DNA from: Macrostomum lignano
Lineage: Eukaryota
Direction of reading: 5' to 3'
DNA length: 64,000 nt
NCBI GenBank assembly: GCA_002269645.1
Contig: NIVC01001664.1
Span: 1 to 64,000, forward strand
Position 1 is the first letter of the stretch; each line of letters begins with the position of its first letter. A model generated the notes under the pieces. That model searched no databases. It had not been told where the DNA came from and worked only from the letters and a program-made list of their open reading frames with translations. This document shows, piece after piece, positions 12,341 to 23,689 of the stretch. Position numbers and translations under genes: made by a program.

Positions 12341-14061
12341 GCAGGCCGGGGGCGAGCCGTGGGCCCCCCTACTGAGGGTGATGAACCTCTCCAGCCGCGC
12401 TCTCGCACCAGTTGAACTGCAACTGCTGGAGCGCGGCCAGTCCTTCGTAGTGGCTCCTCGGTGCACCTCGGCGGAGTCACTGGCGTCCGGCGTCCGCGAC
12501 TTTGGTGGGCGTCTGGCCGTGTCGGCCGCTCGCGGCTTCAAGCGCGAACTGACTGTAGACGACGGTCCGCCGCTTCCCCGCCGCCCAACGGCCAGCATCG
12601 ATCCGAGCCGCCTCCGGCCCGAAATTCAAGCCGCTCTGGCGGAGCTGGACGACGTCAGGGAGGACATCCGGGACTGCAGGAACGCTCCAAACATCAGCGA
12701 GGCGGAGGCGATGGCACTGCGAGACCTGCGGGCGGACAAGTCCATCGGCATCAAGCCGGCCGACAAGGGCAACCAGTTGGTCATCCTGGACCGGCAGGAC
12801 TATGTCCGCGAGTGCATGCGTCAGCTGGACGACCCGGCCTTCTACCAGCCCCTGAGCGTACCGATCAACCGCTTCACGGCCCAGAGGATCCGCGCCATCT
12901 TCCAGTCGCTGCTGGACCGCAGGCTTATCGACAAACGCCAGTTCAACGCCTTCTGCCCGAAGGAGGAGTTCCGGACGCGGCGCTTTTACATCCTGCCAAA
13001 GATTCACAAGCCTGTCGAGTCGTGGCCGCTCGGCGACATCCCGCCAGGCCGGCCTATCGTGTCTGACGTGGACAGCGAATCATATGCCAGCGGCCGCTTC
13101 ATCGACAGCTTACTACAGCCGATCGTCATCCAGCTGCCCAGCTTCATCAGGGATACCGACCATTTCCAGGCGGCCATCAGAGACATCACATGCCCGGCGC
13201 CGGGCGAGACCTTCCTGTTCACCATGGACGTCGCCAGCCTTTACACTAACATCCCGACCGCGGCCGGACTCGAGTGCATGCAGAGGGCCTTCAGAGAGCA
13301 CCCAGACGCCCAGCGCCCGGACGCGAGCCTCCTCAGTCTGCTCAAGCTTAACCTGGAGCGCAACGACTTCGAGTTCGACGGCAAATTTTTCCTGCAAGTG
13401 AAAGGCACGGCCATGGGGAAATCGTTTGCACCCAGCTAAAGCAACATCTACATGGCTACTGGGAGCAGCGGGGCCTGGAGCTCAGCCCGCAGAAGCCCGC
13501 CCTGTGGCTGTGCTACATCGACGACATCTTCGGTGTCTGGCACGGAACGAGAGACGAGCTGGTCCGCTTCCACGAGCTCCTGGATGGCCTCGACCCGAAC
13601 ATCAGGTTGCAGCTGAGCTACAGCAGCACCGAGGTCAACTTCCTGGACACCACCGTCTTCTGGGACCGCGAGGGGGACTCCAAGCGTCTGGCGACCAGAG
13701 TCTTCTTCAAGCCCACGGACAGCCGAGCTCTTATCCACCGCGACTCATTTCACCCGAGGCGGACGTTCAAGGGTGTGGTCAAGTCCCAGCTCATCAGATA
13801 CGCCCGCAGGTGCTCCCGGATGGTCACTTCGACGCGGCTTGCACGGAGCTGATGTTGAATCTGGTGCAGCACCAGGGCTACAACAGGCGATTTCTACGCA
13901 ATATCAAGTACGAGGTGCTGGCGGAGCTGGGTTTCTACCCGACAAGGCGGTGGGAGTTCGGCTTCCTGCCGTGCAACCCGGCCCGGCTGTGCAAGTGCTG
14001 CCAGGCGCACGCCAGATTCACCTCCGTCTGCCCGGGATCCGCGTCCACGACCGTCAAGATC
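12288..14061 (+). pseudogene. PLE ORF2 reverse transcriptase (disrupted)
   Basis: ORF 12288-13439 plus frameshifted continuations 13455-13850 and ~13825-14061, all carrying PLE RT and thumb motifs. Confidence 0.9.
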
Positions 14062-15747
14062 TGTAGCGTATTCACTAATATTATAACAGTATTGCAGCTA
14101 GCGTATTATAACTACTGTATTCTAGAAACTTCCGCGTAAACACGCACTTTTCATATTTGGCATTTTGAATTCCCGCGCACCCCCTTTCTAGAAACTGCTT
14201 CTCGAACTTTCCGGATTCCGGAATGTTCCATCAACACGAATATAAATATACAGCACCCTAGCACGCAATTACTCAAGCCCGTTCTCTCTATTCTTTTCCA
14301 CACGGAAAACAATCAAAGAAAAATTAAAGCAAACGAACCACCGCGTTCCACGCCTCAATTATTTTAGCAATCCTCCAACTGGTCCGGTGAGGCGTCCAAA
14401 ATTCATCTGAGTCCCCAGCAGGGGGCTAGGCCGTCGAAGTGCGTGTAAATATCCGTGTAAATACTGCCTGAATGTAGCATAACGCCATCATCGACATTGC
14501 CATCAACGCCATGCCTCATCGTCGTCTGCACGCGCCCGTCGTCCACGCCACTACTGGATATAGCTACCGGATGCGTCATACATGTACGACACGATATTAA
14601 CCTGATCGACGTAATTCTACAAACGTGGTATCGAAGTTGACACGGAACTCATCGACGACAGACAGACAAATGCCTACACGGGTATTACCAGGCCGTTCGA
14701 TAGAGTCTTCCGTGAACCCCACCAAATTCTACGCCAAAATAAGCCGAAATATCACCAGTCAACCAAGCTGCTATTGACCAAGGAACGCGCGGCTGAAACC
14801 TTCGGCGATCGTCTTTATATGACACCTTCCACGAGGTGATCGACATCCCGAGGGGCAACCCAGCCTGTCAATCGGTTCGCCTTGTGCGCTCCATCAGCTA
14901 TGCCCAGCAATATTCAGCGACTGCCCGCCGTCGTTCTCATATTAGTCTCGGGAGTCTGCCTGCAAATCGAAAGGTCGTCCTGCCTGACGATCCGTCGTCC
15001 TGGAGTGTGGCTGAGCGTGCCAAAAGCATCCCAAGTTCTCCTACCAGAAGCGCGTTGCGTGTACACCTGCTACGAGATGCCTACCGAAGCAGAGCGACAG
15101 CCCGCCTCGACTCACGGTGCACCGATCTTGTTCCGGGTGTCGTCTGTCTGCATCCTGGCACATTCCGTCTATGTACATTGCTATTCGGCCAACCGGGGGC
15201 ATCGCAGTAAGGTCTGATTTGCGAAATGACTAATTAATCAAGCAGCTTGACTTCACCAGTAATAACGTTTCACTTATTATTGAATATGTACATCATCGCC
15301 CCTATGCTGTAACAGTTTGAAACCTGCATGTACAAACGTACATGTCCACCCCCCCCCCCAATTCATCGTCTAATGTATATAATTTTTTCCTGTACTTCTC
15401 CAGGTGACTCCGTCTCCGGCGGGGGAACTGTTGTAGCGTATTCACTAATATTATAACAGTATTGCAGCTAGCGTATTATAACTACTGTATTCTAGAAACT
15501 TCCGCGTAAACACGCACTTTCCATATTTGGCATTTTGAATTCCCGCGCACCCCCTTTCTAGAAACTGCTTCTCGAACTTTCCGGATTCCGGAATGTTCCA
15601 TCAACACGAATATAAATATACAGCACCCTAGCACGCAATTACTCAAGCCCGTTCTCTCTATTCTTTTTCACACGGAAAACAATCAAAGAAAAATTAAAGC
15701 AAACGAACCACCGCGTTCCACGCCTCAATTATTTTCGCAATCCTACA
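14062..15747 (+). mobile_element. Non-autonomous LTR retroelement (TRIM/LARD-like), 316-bp LTRs
   Basis: LTRs 14062-14377 and 15432-15747 differ at 4 positions by eye. TGTAG...CTACA termini (the 5' LTR ends CTCCA). GATC duplicated at 14058-14061 and 15748-15751. PBS-like TGGTCCGGTGAGG at 14380. PPT-like GGGGGAA just before the 3' LTR. No gag/pol motifs recognised inside. Confidence 0.93.
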
Positions 15748-15948
15748 GATCACCATCAGCCAGAGGATTGACTGCAACTCGGTCAACGCGGTCTACACGG
15801 TGTTCTGCCGCCTTGTACACAGATAGACAGACAGAAACCACACAGACAGTTGTTTTGATTTTTGTGTACAGATTTTAATAGGTATACATGTAGATACATG
15901 CATGCTGAATAAGTCATTAAAAAACCAAATTTCAAACTTTTACAGACT

Positions 15949-16329
15949 GGGCCATCGATGCCGAACCCCAACCTTCTAGCACGTACGGCAAATAGGCAGC
16001 GTAAGAACGAGCGCCCTGAGGAACCAAACGATCTTCAGTGTGAACTGCAGGAGAACGCTCTGCCCGCAGGGTTTCTGCAGAAAGACTCGGGAGCTCGGCG
16101 CCACATCATCTTTGCAACGAACGAAGGTCTGGCAATGCTTGCGCAAGACTGGTTCATGGATGGGACTTTCCACGTGGTAAACAAGCCCTTCGTTCAGCTG
16201 TACACCATCCACGCTTTCATCATGGGCCATGAGGATAATCGGAAGCAAGTGCCTCTGCTGTTTGTGCTGATGTCAGGCAAGCGACGGAAGGATTACCGCA
16301 AGGTTCTGAAGGCTATTGAAGTGGCGTAG
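15949..16329 (+). pseudogene. MULE (Mutator-like) DDE transposase fragment
   Basis: HIIFATNEGL, WFMDGTFHVV, FVQLYTIHAF and PLLFVLMSGKRRKDYRKVL are characteristic of the MULE transposase domain; preceded by a 3' splice-site-like TTTTACAG. Confidence 0.8.
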
Positions 16330-16352
16330 CCACCCCCCTGGCTACGCCACTG
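16320..16352. mobile_element. Collapsed hAT-type MITE end pair (perfect 13-bp hairpin)
   Basis: AGTGGCGTAGCCA-CCCCCC-TGGCTACGCCACT(G); resembles CAGTGGCGTAGC-type TIRs and supplies the stop codon of the MULE fragment. Confidence 0.5.
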
Positions 16353-16485
16353 GTCAAGGCTTAGCTTAAATGGGGCTGGGAGGGCTGGGCTGCATTTTCG
16401 CAAAGGTCCTCCCTGTCAGCTAACGCGGTCTCCCCGACAGACTATTAATAGTATATATAAATTTGATACTCTCACGCCGCTGCTA

Positions 16486-16557
16486 GGGGATGTAGCTCAG
16501 AGGTAGAGCGTTCGCTTCGCATGTGAAAGGTCTCGGGTTCGAACCCCGACTTCTCCA
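16486..16557 (+). tRNA. tRNA-Ala(CGC)
   Basis: GGGGATGTAGCTCAGAGGTAGAGCGTTCGCTTCGCATGTGAAAGGTCTCGGGTTCGAACCCCGACTTCTCCA folds into a cloverleaf with G3:U70 Ala determinant, A and B boxes, a downstream T-run and TATATAA ~30 nt upstream. Confidence 0.93.
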
Positions 16558-16558
16558 T

Positions 16559-16566
16559 CTTTTTTG
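16559..16566 (+). terminator. RNA Pol III oligo-T terminator of tRNA-Ala
   Basis: Run of T immediately after the tRNA. Confidence 0.8.
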
Positions 16567-17761
16567 ATTGCTCATCTACATTTTAAAAGTCTTCATTCAA
16601 TAAATTATTAATCTTATTCTTATGAATATTACAATAAGAATAAGATGCAAAACAAAAAACAGCAAAGAAAATAGTATTACAATCGATTCCAAGATTTACC
16701 ATTATTTAACAATAAGATCGAAACTGTAGATGTATAAACGGTTAATCGACAATCGCAGCGCATCATTTTTGCAAAAAGTATTTCATTATTAGGGAACAAT
16801 GCTTCTGTACACCTCTTATGCCATTAGCAGAAGTAAATTTAAAGAATTCAGAGAAAAATTAGACAACGAGAAGCACACTAAAAAGTTTTTCTGGACGCAA
16901 CGTGTGTCACATTTCAGCAGCCCGATATGTATAGAAAAATACTTTGTAGAAATAATAACGTTTAATTTGAGATTTTGACTCAGGGCTAGGCTAAGGCCTA
17001 AGACTATACAAACATTTAACCCGTAATAAAATACTTGAGACGTAGAGAGCAGCTGCGAATAAATAATTTTGAGACTCTTAAAATTACAAGAATGTAATAT
17101 TGGAAGCGATCAGTCCGCTTTAAACAAGTAATTAAGGTGTGTTGCCAACGTTTCGAATTGGATTTAAATAAATTTCCAAGGCGTGTATGCAAATTGATAG
17201 TTAAAACAAAAGCCATTTAAAACATTGAATCCAGTAAAAATATTGCTAGTTTTAAATTATTTGTAACGAATAAATTACATGTTAATTAAAGATTTTATAA
17301 TTTTTACCTTCTACGTATACAAATATGCTTATTTTTAGAGACTTCTAATTTTATAAATTTTACAGTTCGATCTAATTCGCTTACTTATTATTAACTGTCC
17401 ATGAGAGCATGACTTCGTGCAGGCCGGCAGTGCTCCTAATTTCACTGTTAACATCAGATAGTATTGAAGTCGCCTCAATAGTCGCTTCAATAAATAACCA
17501 CCTTATATTTTTGAGTTGAAAAGATCAAGCACTATAATGACTAAAAAAATTCCATGTCCATATAGGAAACTAGGCATGATGATATGGGGCATGGTATTTC
17601 GTAATTCGTATTTGCAGCTTTGACAAGCCATTCCAGGGAACAAGTCAGAGCGATTTTTAACTCAGTGCTTTTACTGCTTGTACTCCTTTTTTGGACTACT
17701 CCTTTTTTTAGTAGTCCGCTTTGGACTACTAAAAAAGGCCTATTCCCCTTGATATAGGTCT

Positions 17762-18070
17762 AGGCAATGGCTGGAGTTTCAGCCCCGGAACCCATTTTCT
17801 AATAGCTATGGATCCGGCAGTCTTCTGCAGGCAGTTATCTACTAATGACGTCTTTGAACATTAGAAGTATCTTGTTTTGAATCTCGTCGTTTCGTTTTGA
17901 TCTTATCTTGAACAAAATCTCAATACAATATAAACCACCCATTAAAAAAGTAAAATGTTTCTGCTATATTATTATTAGGCCTATACCCATAAACTGCACT
18001 ACTAGAATACCACTGCCAGATCCATAGCCATTAGAAAATGGGTTCTGGTCCTGGAACTCTAGCCTTTGCC
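17762..18070. mobile_element. Small foldback/MITE-like element with ~60-bp imperfect inverted arms
   Basis: GGCAATGGCTGGAG...GAACCCATTTTCTAATAGCTATGGATCCGGCAGT (17763-17821) is the reverse complement of 18012-18070. Confidence 0.55.
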
Positions 18071-19994
18071 CTTGACATACAGTATTATCCAATGTTCACC
18101 CTATCACTGACACCTAGACCTAGCTAGGCCTACTTTGATTTGGTCAATTGGGTAGGCCTATTGTGCATGTGCATAGGCCTATTGTTATGAGTATAGAGTA
18201 TATTATCATGCTAGGTTTTTTGCTAGTACTAGGATTCAAAATCATATTTAAGCCTTATGTCTAATTTTAGAATGCAATTTCAAAAGTCAGGATGGAATAA
18301 TATCTATTGCCTCTATAGTGCATGACTAAGATGGCCACACACACCAAGATGGCCATAGGCCTTAGCTCTAAATATTTCAATAGATGATAATAAGCATAGG
18401 TCTAGGCCTATATATTTTACTCATTTCCTATTGGTAGTAATTTGTATTAGGTATAGATCTTTAAGTCTTAGGGAGATAGATGCTATAGTCTATAATGGAA
18501 TTATTTTATATTATTATAATAATTAAAATTATTTCCATTTCATATCTCTTATTAGAACTTAAAGGTTTTGCTTCTAACTCTAGGCCTAGTCTAAATCATT
18601 CTATTTTATTTAGTATAAGTTTTTAAATACCATCTTTAAAAATGTTGAATGTATTATGCTTATAAAAAAATTAGATATCTTTTTAAAGTTTGTTCGATTT
18701 TACTTGTTGTATTATAAGTGTTAATCATATTGAAAAAAGCTTCTATATTCAACTTTATAATTTGTCTTTATTATCTACTTATTGCCTTTATTGATAAATA
18801 TTAGCATTGGTTAGTGTCTAGCATTGAAATGATTTTTAAAACAATTTAGTGATTTCTTGATTTTGAATTTATGGTAATAGTTGTATCTAATACCATACAA
18901 TTATTTATCATATGCCTTTGACCAAAGCTTAAAGTGATTAGTCTATGTATAATAAAGTAATATAGCAAAACTAAGTTAATAAAGAAAATTTCTATTAAAA
19001 ATTGTTTGTTTATAGGTTCTTTATCTATGTGTATATGATTGATTAAAAAATGACTCAATAGAAACAAAGCGTCATTCAAATTGTTGGTTTTCAAAAAAAT
19101 ATTTTGTAATTTTAAAGGTTTTTTGCATATAGTTTTATACTACTATTATAGTTATAAGTATATAAAATATCATATTTATAAAAATGTTGGGATTAAAAAT
19201 GATAAAGGATTTATTATTTTATCAATATGATTTAGTAAATTTGCATCTAGTACTAATATAGCTAGCAAGCTATAAGGCAGGTACATGCTAGAACAAAATG
19301 GTCTTGCAAACTGCTAAGATGCGCAGGGTTGAATATATATATTTGGGGGTCACATAAGACTGCACCCTTGTTTGTTAGTATGTGGGGCTAGCTAACCCCT
19401 CAGTTTGTTGCATTTGATGGTATGACTATCATGGGTATTCTTTCCTTAGTTTTGATTTGTGTTTTGTTTGTTGCATATGTTTATATTAGTTTTTTTAATA
19501 TAGTTATTATAAAGATAAAATGAAATTTTAACATATGCACAACTGGCTAGGCCGAACCCAGCTAAGTGACAAGGCTGGTATGTTGCAAAACTGATCAACT
19601 TAGCACCAAAAAAATTGCAAGGTGTACATATGAAAATCTGATAAAATGAAATAAATAAAACCAGAGAAAAATGAAGAAAAATTGAAGAACAGTAAGAATA
19701 ACTTATATAAGTGCCTAAAAAACAATCAAATCAAAAGAAAAAGAGCATTAAATAGTTAAAGCCAATGAAAGAAAATATTTGAATTGCATTCAGAGCAAAG
19801 CTATACTGCAAAAAGGCTCTCCAGATAAAGTTGTCATATTTTTTGAGGAAAACTGTTGCACTAGCTGGTTAAGATTCAGGAGGTTTTGTGCATGTATATA
19901 ATATTAATATTATTTTATTTCTTCTGTTTTGTATACTACTGAAATTAGAAGCTCTTGCATTTAATTGAACAATTTAACTAATTCAGTTCAGCCA

Positions 19995-22900
19995 ATGAAC
20001 CTGTCAGCAGCTGAGGACTCCAGCAATGAAGATAACTTAGCATTAGGCCAGCTTAATGCCACTGAGTTTTTGCCAGCAGATAGTGTCAACAGTGTTAATT
20101 CCATGATGAAGGCAGCTGATGTGCCTATTTTACCTGTGTCAGCATCAGCAGATGGCCTTAATCTAAAACTGAAGGTAAGCAATTTCTATTGTTTACAACC
20201 CCTGATTTATTTTATAATCTGTTAGGTACATGTAGTTGAGTAAATGCTCAATTTAAGGGTTATTAACAGCTGTCAATAAAAAGTCTAGTTAAAAACCAAT
20301 GGTGTTCTAGACTTACAATATTAACTGTTTCGCTTATTCTTACAGCTGCGGACTCCATCAATGTCCGCTAAACGTCGCTGTCTGCAGTCAGTGGGGCCAG
20401 GCGGACCCAAACTGCTCCGGCAGACAATTGAGCAGCTTTCTGTTGATTTAGACGACGAGGATAGCGAGTCCTCCGCAGAACTCGCTTCGTTAGTGGTCTC
20501 TGCCGACGATGATGAAAAGTGCAAGAATATCGAATTCGGTAGTAACGGCAGCAGTTGTCACTATGATAGCGAAGACGCAGACCGGCAATTGAATTCCAAT
20601 TTGCCAAAGCCGCTATTTGACTCCTGGCTGACGATGTCTAAACGAGGGATGTCCAATTGTTGTCTTCGGGGCCAGGAAGCAACGTTTAAGTGGCGCATAG
20701 AAGCTGCCTGCCGCGATCTGATGCACATGACGTTTGAAGAGGCTGTACAGGTAGGTGTGTGTAGTATTCTGTTGCATTCCTGTCTACACTTATAGAAAAT
20801 ACAATTTCGCGTTTTTATTCACCATTTTGCCACAGGAGAGCCGCAGAAGGCCATTTGGTGGCGTATTGACTCGATATCGGTGCTGGAAAACTCCTGGCAG
20901 GCAGCGTAGCTCGCTAGCTCTGGCTTCAACTGCGGCCGCTTCCGCTAGTGAAAACCAAGACGAATCTACCGGTATAGAGTCTTTCTTAGCTTTGCTCGCT
21001 CCGCCACCGATGAAGCCTCCGGTGTCGACAGCGGCTTCGTCACAACACCCATCGCCTTCTTCGGTGTCGACAGCGGCTTTGTCACAACACCCACCGCCTT
21101 CTTCGGTGTCGACAGCGGCTTCGTCACAACACCCATCGTCTTCTTTGGTGTCGACAGCGGCTTCGTCACAACACCCACCGCCTTCTTCGGTGTCGACAGC
21201 GGCTTCATCACAACACCCACCACCTTCTTCGGTGTCGACAGCGGCTTCATCACAACACCCACCGTCTTCTTCGGTGTCGACAGCGGCTTCATCACAACAC
21301 CCACCGCCTTCTTCGGTGTCGACAGCGGCTTCATCACAACACCCACCACCTTCTTCGGTGTCGACAGCGGCTTCGTCACAACACCCACCGTCTTCTTTGG
21401 TGTCGACAGCGGCTTCGTCACAACACCCACCGTCTTCTTTGGTGTCGACAGCGGCTTCGTCATATCATTCACCGCCACGGCCTCAGTTACCGACAGTGGC
21501 TTCGTCACATCACCCACTGCCGCCGCCTGTGGTATCAACAGCGACTGTGCCAAAACACCCACCGCCACCACCACCATTGACTATTGCTTGCTCACCACGT
21601 CAACACCTCGGTGAATCTCCAGATCGCGATGAAAATTACGGCCAATTCAGTTTGAAATCTTTCCTAAGCAAGCCGGTCAGGCGTGGCGAGGAGGAGTTTA
21701 TCAATTTGCTTAGCGACGAAGATGAAGAGCCTCGAACAGTGGCTGCGGAATCTACTAGCAAGTCTTCGACGTCAGCACGGGGACAGCAAACAGCGCTTGA
21801 AAGCTCATTGCAGGTGCTGATTGCTACCGACTCGCTGCATTTGCAGCAGCCGCAGCAACCACAGCAACCACAGCAGCAGCCAGAGCAACAGCCGCAGCAA
21901 CCACAGCGGCAGCCACAGCAACAGCCGCAGCAACCACAGCAACCACAGCAGCAGCCACAGCAACAGCCGCAGCAACCACAGCAACAGCCCCAGCAACAGC
22001 CCCAGCAACCACAGCAACGGCCGCAGCAACCACAGCAGCCCCAGCAACAGCCCCAGCAACCACAGCAACGGCCGCAGCAACCACAGCAACAGCCCCAGCA
22101 ACCACAGCAGCAGGCGCAGACTCAACCGTCTCAGCTGTCACCACAGCAAGACCTACATCGAGTAGAAGTGTTTCAGCTGCAGCAGCGGCGAATACTCCAG
22201 CACTTGCTGCAGCAACAGCAGCCGCAGCAAAGTGTGCAGCTCCTGCTGAGAAATAATGAGATCAGCCGCGGCATGCTGCTGCGCTGCCTTAGCGGTAGCT
22301 CAGTAATTTACGTTTGCCTGTCTTGCCGTCAAGTTAGCGACGGCCCGCCTGCCGCCCTGTGGCACTCGAGTGTATCTAATGCCGGCCACTACTGCCTCAC
22401 CTTGCCGTCTGGCTGGGTTGACCTTGTCTCTCTTCGCCTGACTTGCCACACCTGCACAGACAGCTGGGAGTCCAACCTGTCCATGGGCTCATTAGCCTCA
22501 CTGATTGTTCATGCATTTTCTGCTCATCCGATCACCACTAGCGGACCTCTGTTGTGCGTCAGGAATATCGCATCGGGCGAGAGCTGCCTACTGACAGGGG
22601 ATTGTATGGCGCGCTGTCTTCTGTACAATAAACTGTGTTTTGCCTGGCTCGAAGAAACTCCGTTGTTACAGGTGCGAGATTTGCTTTTTTATTACTAAGC
22701 TGATAAGTTTTGTAAAATGGGTGCCAGCATTAGCTGGGGTAATTGAGAGTCCTTGGACTGAACAGCCGTACGCAGCAGCCTTCAGATGCGCCGCGCAATT
22801 TAGGCAGGTGTAATAAAAAATGACTTTGCTCCCTGCTCGCAGGTGTGCGACATTGTCCGGTCTAGGACCAGCCAGCCTCCTCCACCCACCGGCGCCGTCA

Positions 22901-23424
22901 GTTCGCCCCTCGCCTTCGCCTTTGTCGCCGTCTGCCGGTTCTGTCACCGATTCGCCATCCCGTTCGCTTGGAGCCTACCGAATTGTTCCAACTTGCTCGG
23001 CATCATCCGGCAGCGTGGCCTGATTAACAACAAGCCCTGCCAGCTGGTGCTGGTTGCTATGCAGCTGCTGGGCAATCCCTCAGTCAGTACTCGCGCATTC
23101 GGCTGCCCAGTAGCCGACTGTGTGCAGCAGTTCTCCGACGCTGCGGCCTGCGCCAAGCACCAGATTGAGCAGCACAAGCTGACCTGCTCACTGGTTTGCT
23201 CCCGCTGCCGGCTGGTGCATGATTGCGTCACAACCGGCCTGCTGCACTACCGAATCTGCCAGTCTAGCGGGGCCCAGCAGCAGCTTATAGCTAGCCTGAC
23301 TTGGAAATACTTGGACAGCTCAGACACTAATCATTTGCCAGCTATGCGATTCTCATCTGGCTGCCTGCTCACTCTGATGCCGGATGGCAATACCATCGGG
23401 CTGCGGCTGATGTTTGCGCACTGA
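19995..23424 (+). CDS. Orphan ~1000-aa protein: acidic/low-complexity N-half, 13-aa repeats, poly-Q/P, Cys/His-rich C-terminus with C2H2-like finger(s)
   Basis: Exons 19995-20174, 20346-20750, 20836-22671 and 22843-23424 are joined by GT-AG introns, all phase 0 and stop-free. CPVADCVQQFSDAAACAKHQIEQH fits C2H2 spacing. The start codon is tentative. Confidence 0.7.
21015..21460 (+). repeat. Coding 39-bp repeat (SVSTAASSQHPPPS)
   Basis: About 11 in-frame copies inside exon 3 of the orphan gene. Confidence 0.9.
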
Positions 23425-23689
23425 ATAACTAGTTTCAGTTATATTACCTTATATTACCTTGTATTTGTCCCTCTCTGGTTGTTTCCTTTTTTGCATGCTC
23501 GTGCTTCTGTTACTACTGAACAGTAGCGTTGCTGGCGAATAGTCATTTATTTGTTTTAAATTAAAATTTCGAGGGATACGTGGAATATTTCGTAGGCTGT
23601 ATGTTTCTGACATAATATATCGATTGACTCTACAGCTGATTCCAGTCAGAATCTCCAAAGCAATCCAATAGACTAGGTAGACTCTAGGG

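Larger units (their letters stand above)
10854..15820 (+). mobile_element. Degenerate Penelope-like retroelement (Neptune-like): ORF1 with SGNH-fold domain, RT, Cys linker, start of GIY-YIG region; interrupted by an LTR element
   Basis: RT motifs NLSS, IKPADKG, FYILPKIHK, GRPIVS, LFTMDVASLYTNIP, GTAMG, YIDD (13514-13525), NFLD, FFKPTD, HP. C-x5-C-x2-C at ~13972-14001. Reading resumes after the LTR as ITISQRIDCNSVNAVYTVFC (15748-15810). Lesions: TAA at 13437 and frameshifts near 13455 and 13825. Confidence 0.9.

Noticed and set aside
10854-15820. Hammerhead ribozyme or pseudo-LTR expected for PLEs
   Set aside because: I saw no CTGANGA…GAAA core with flanking stems; both PLE ends are truncated. 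An Infernal search would be decisive.
17690-17765. Hairpin plus CTAG as a Helitron 3' end
   Set aside because: The spacing (~20+ nt) is too long and CTAG is followed by G rather than T.
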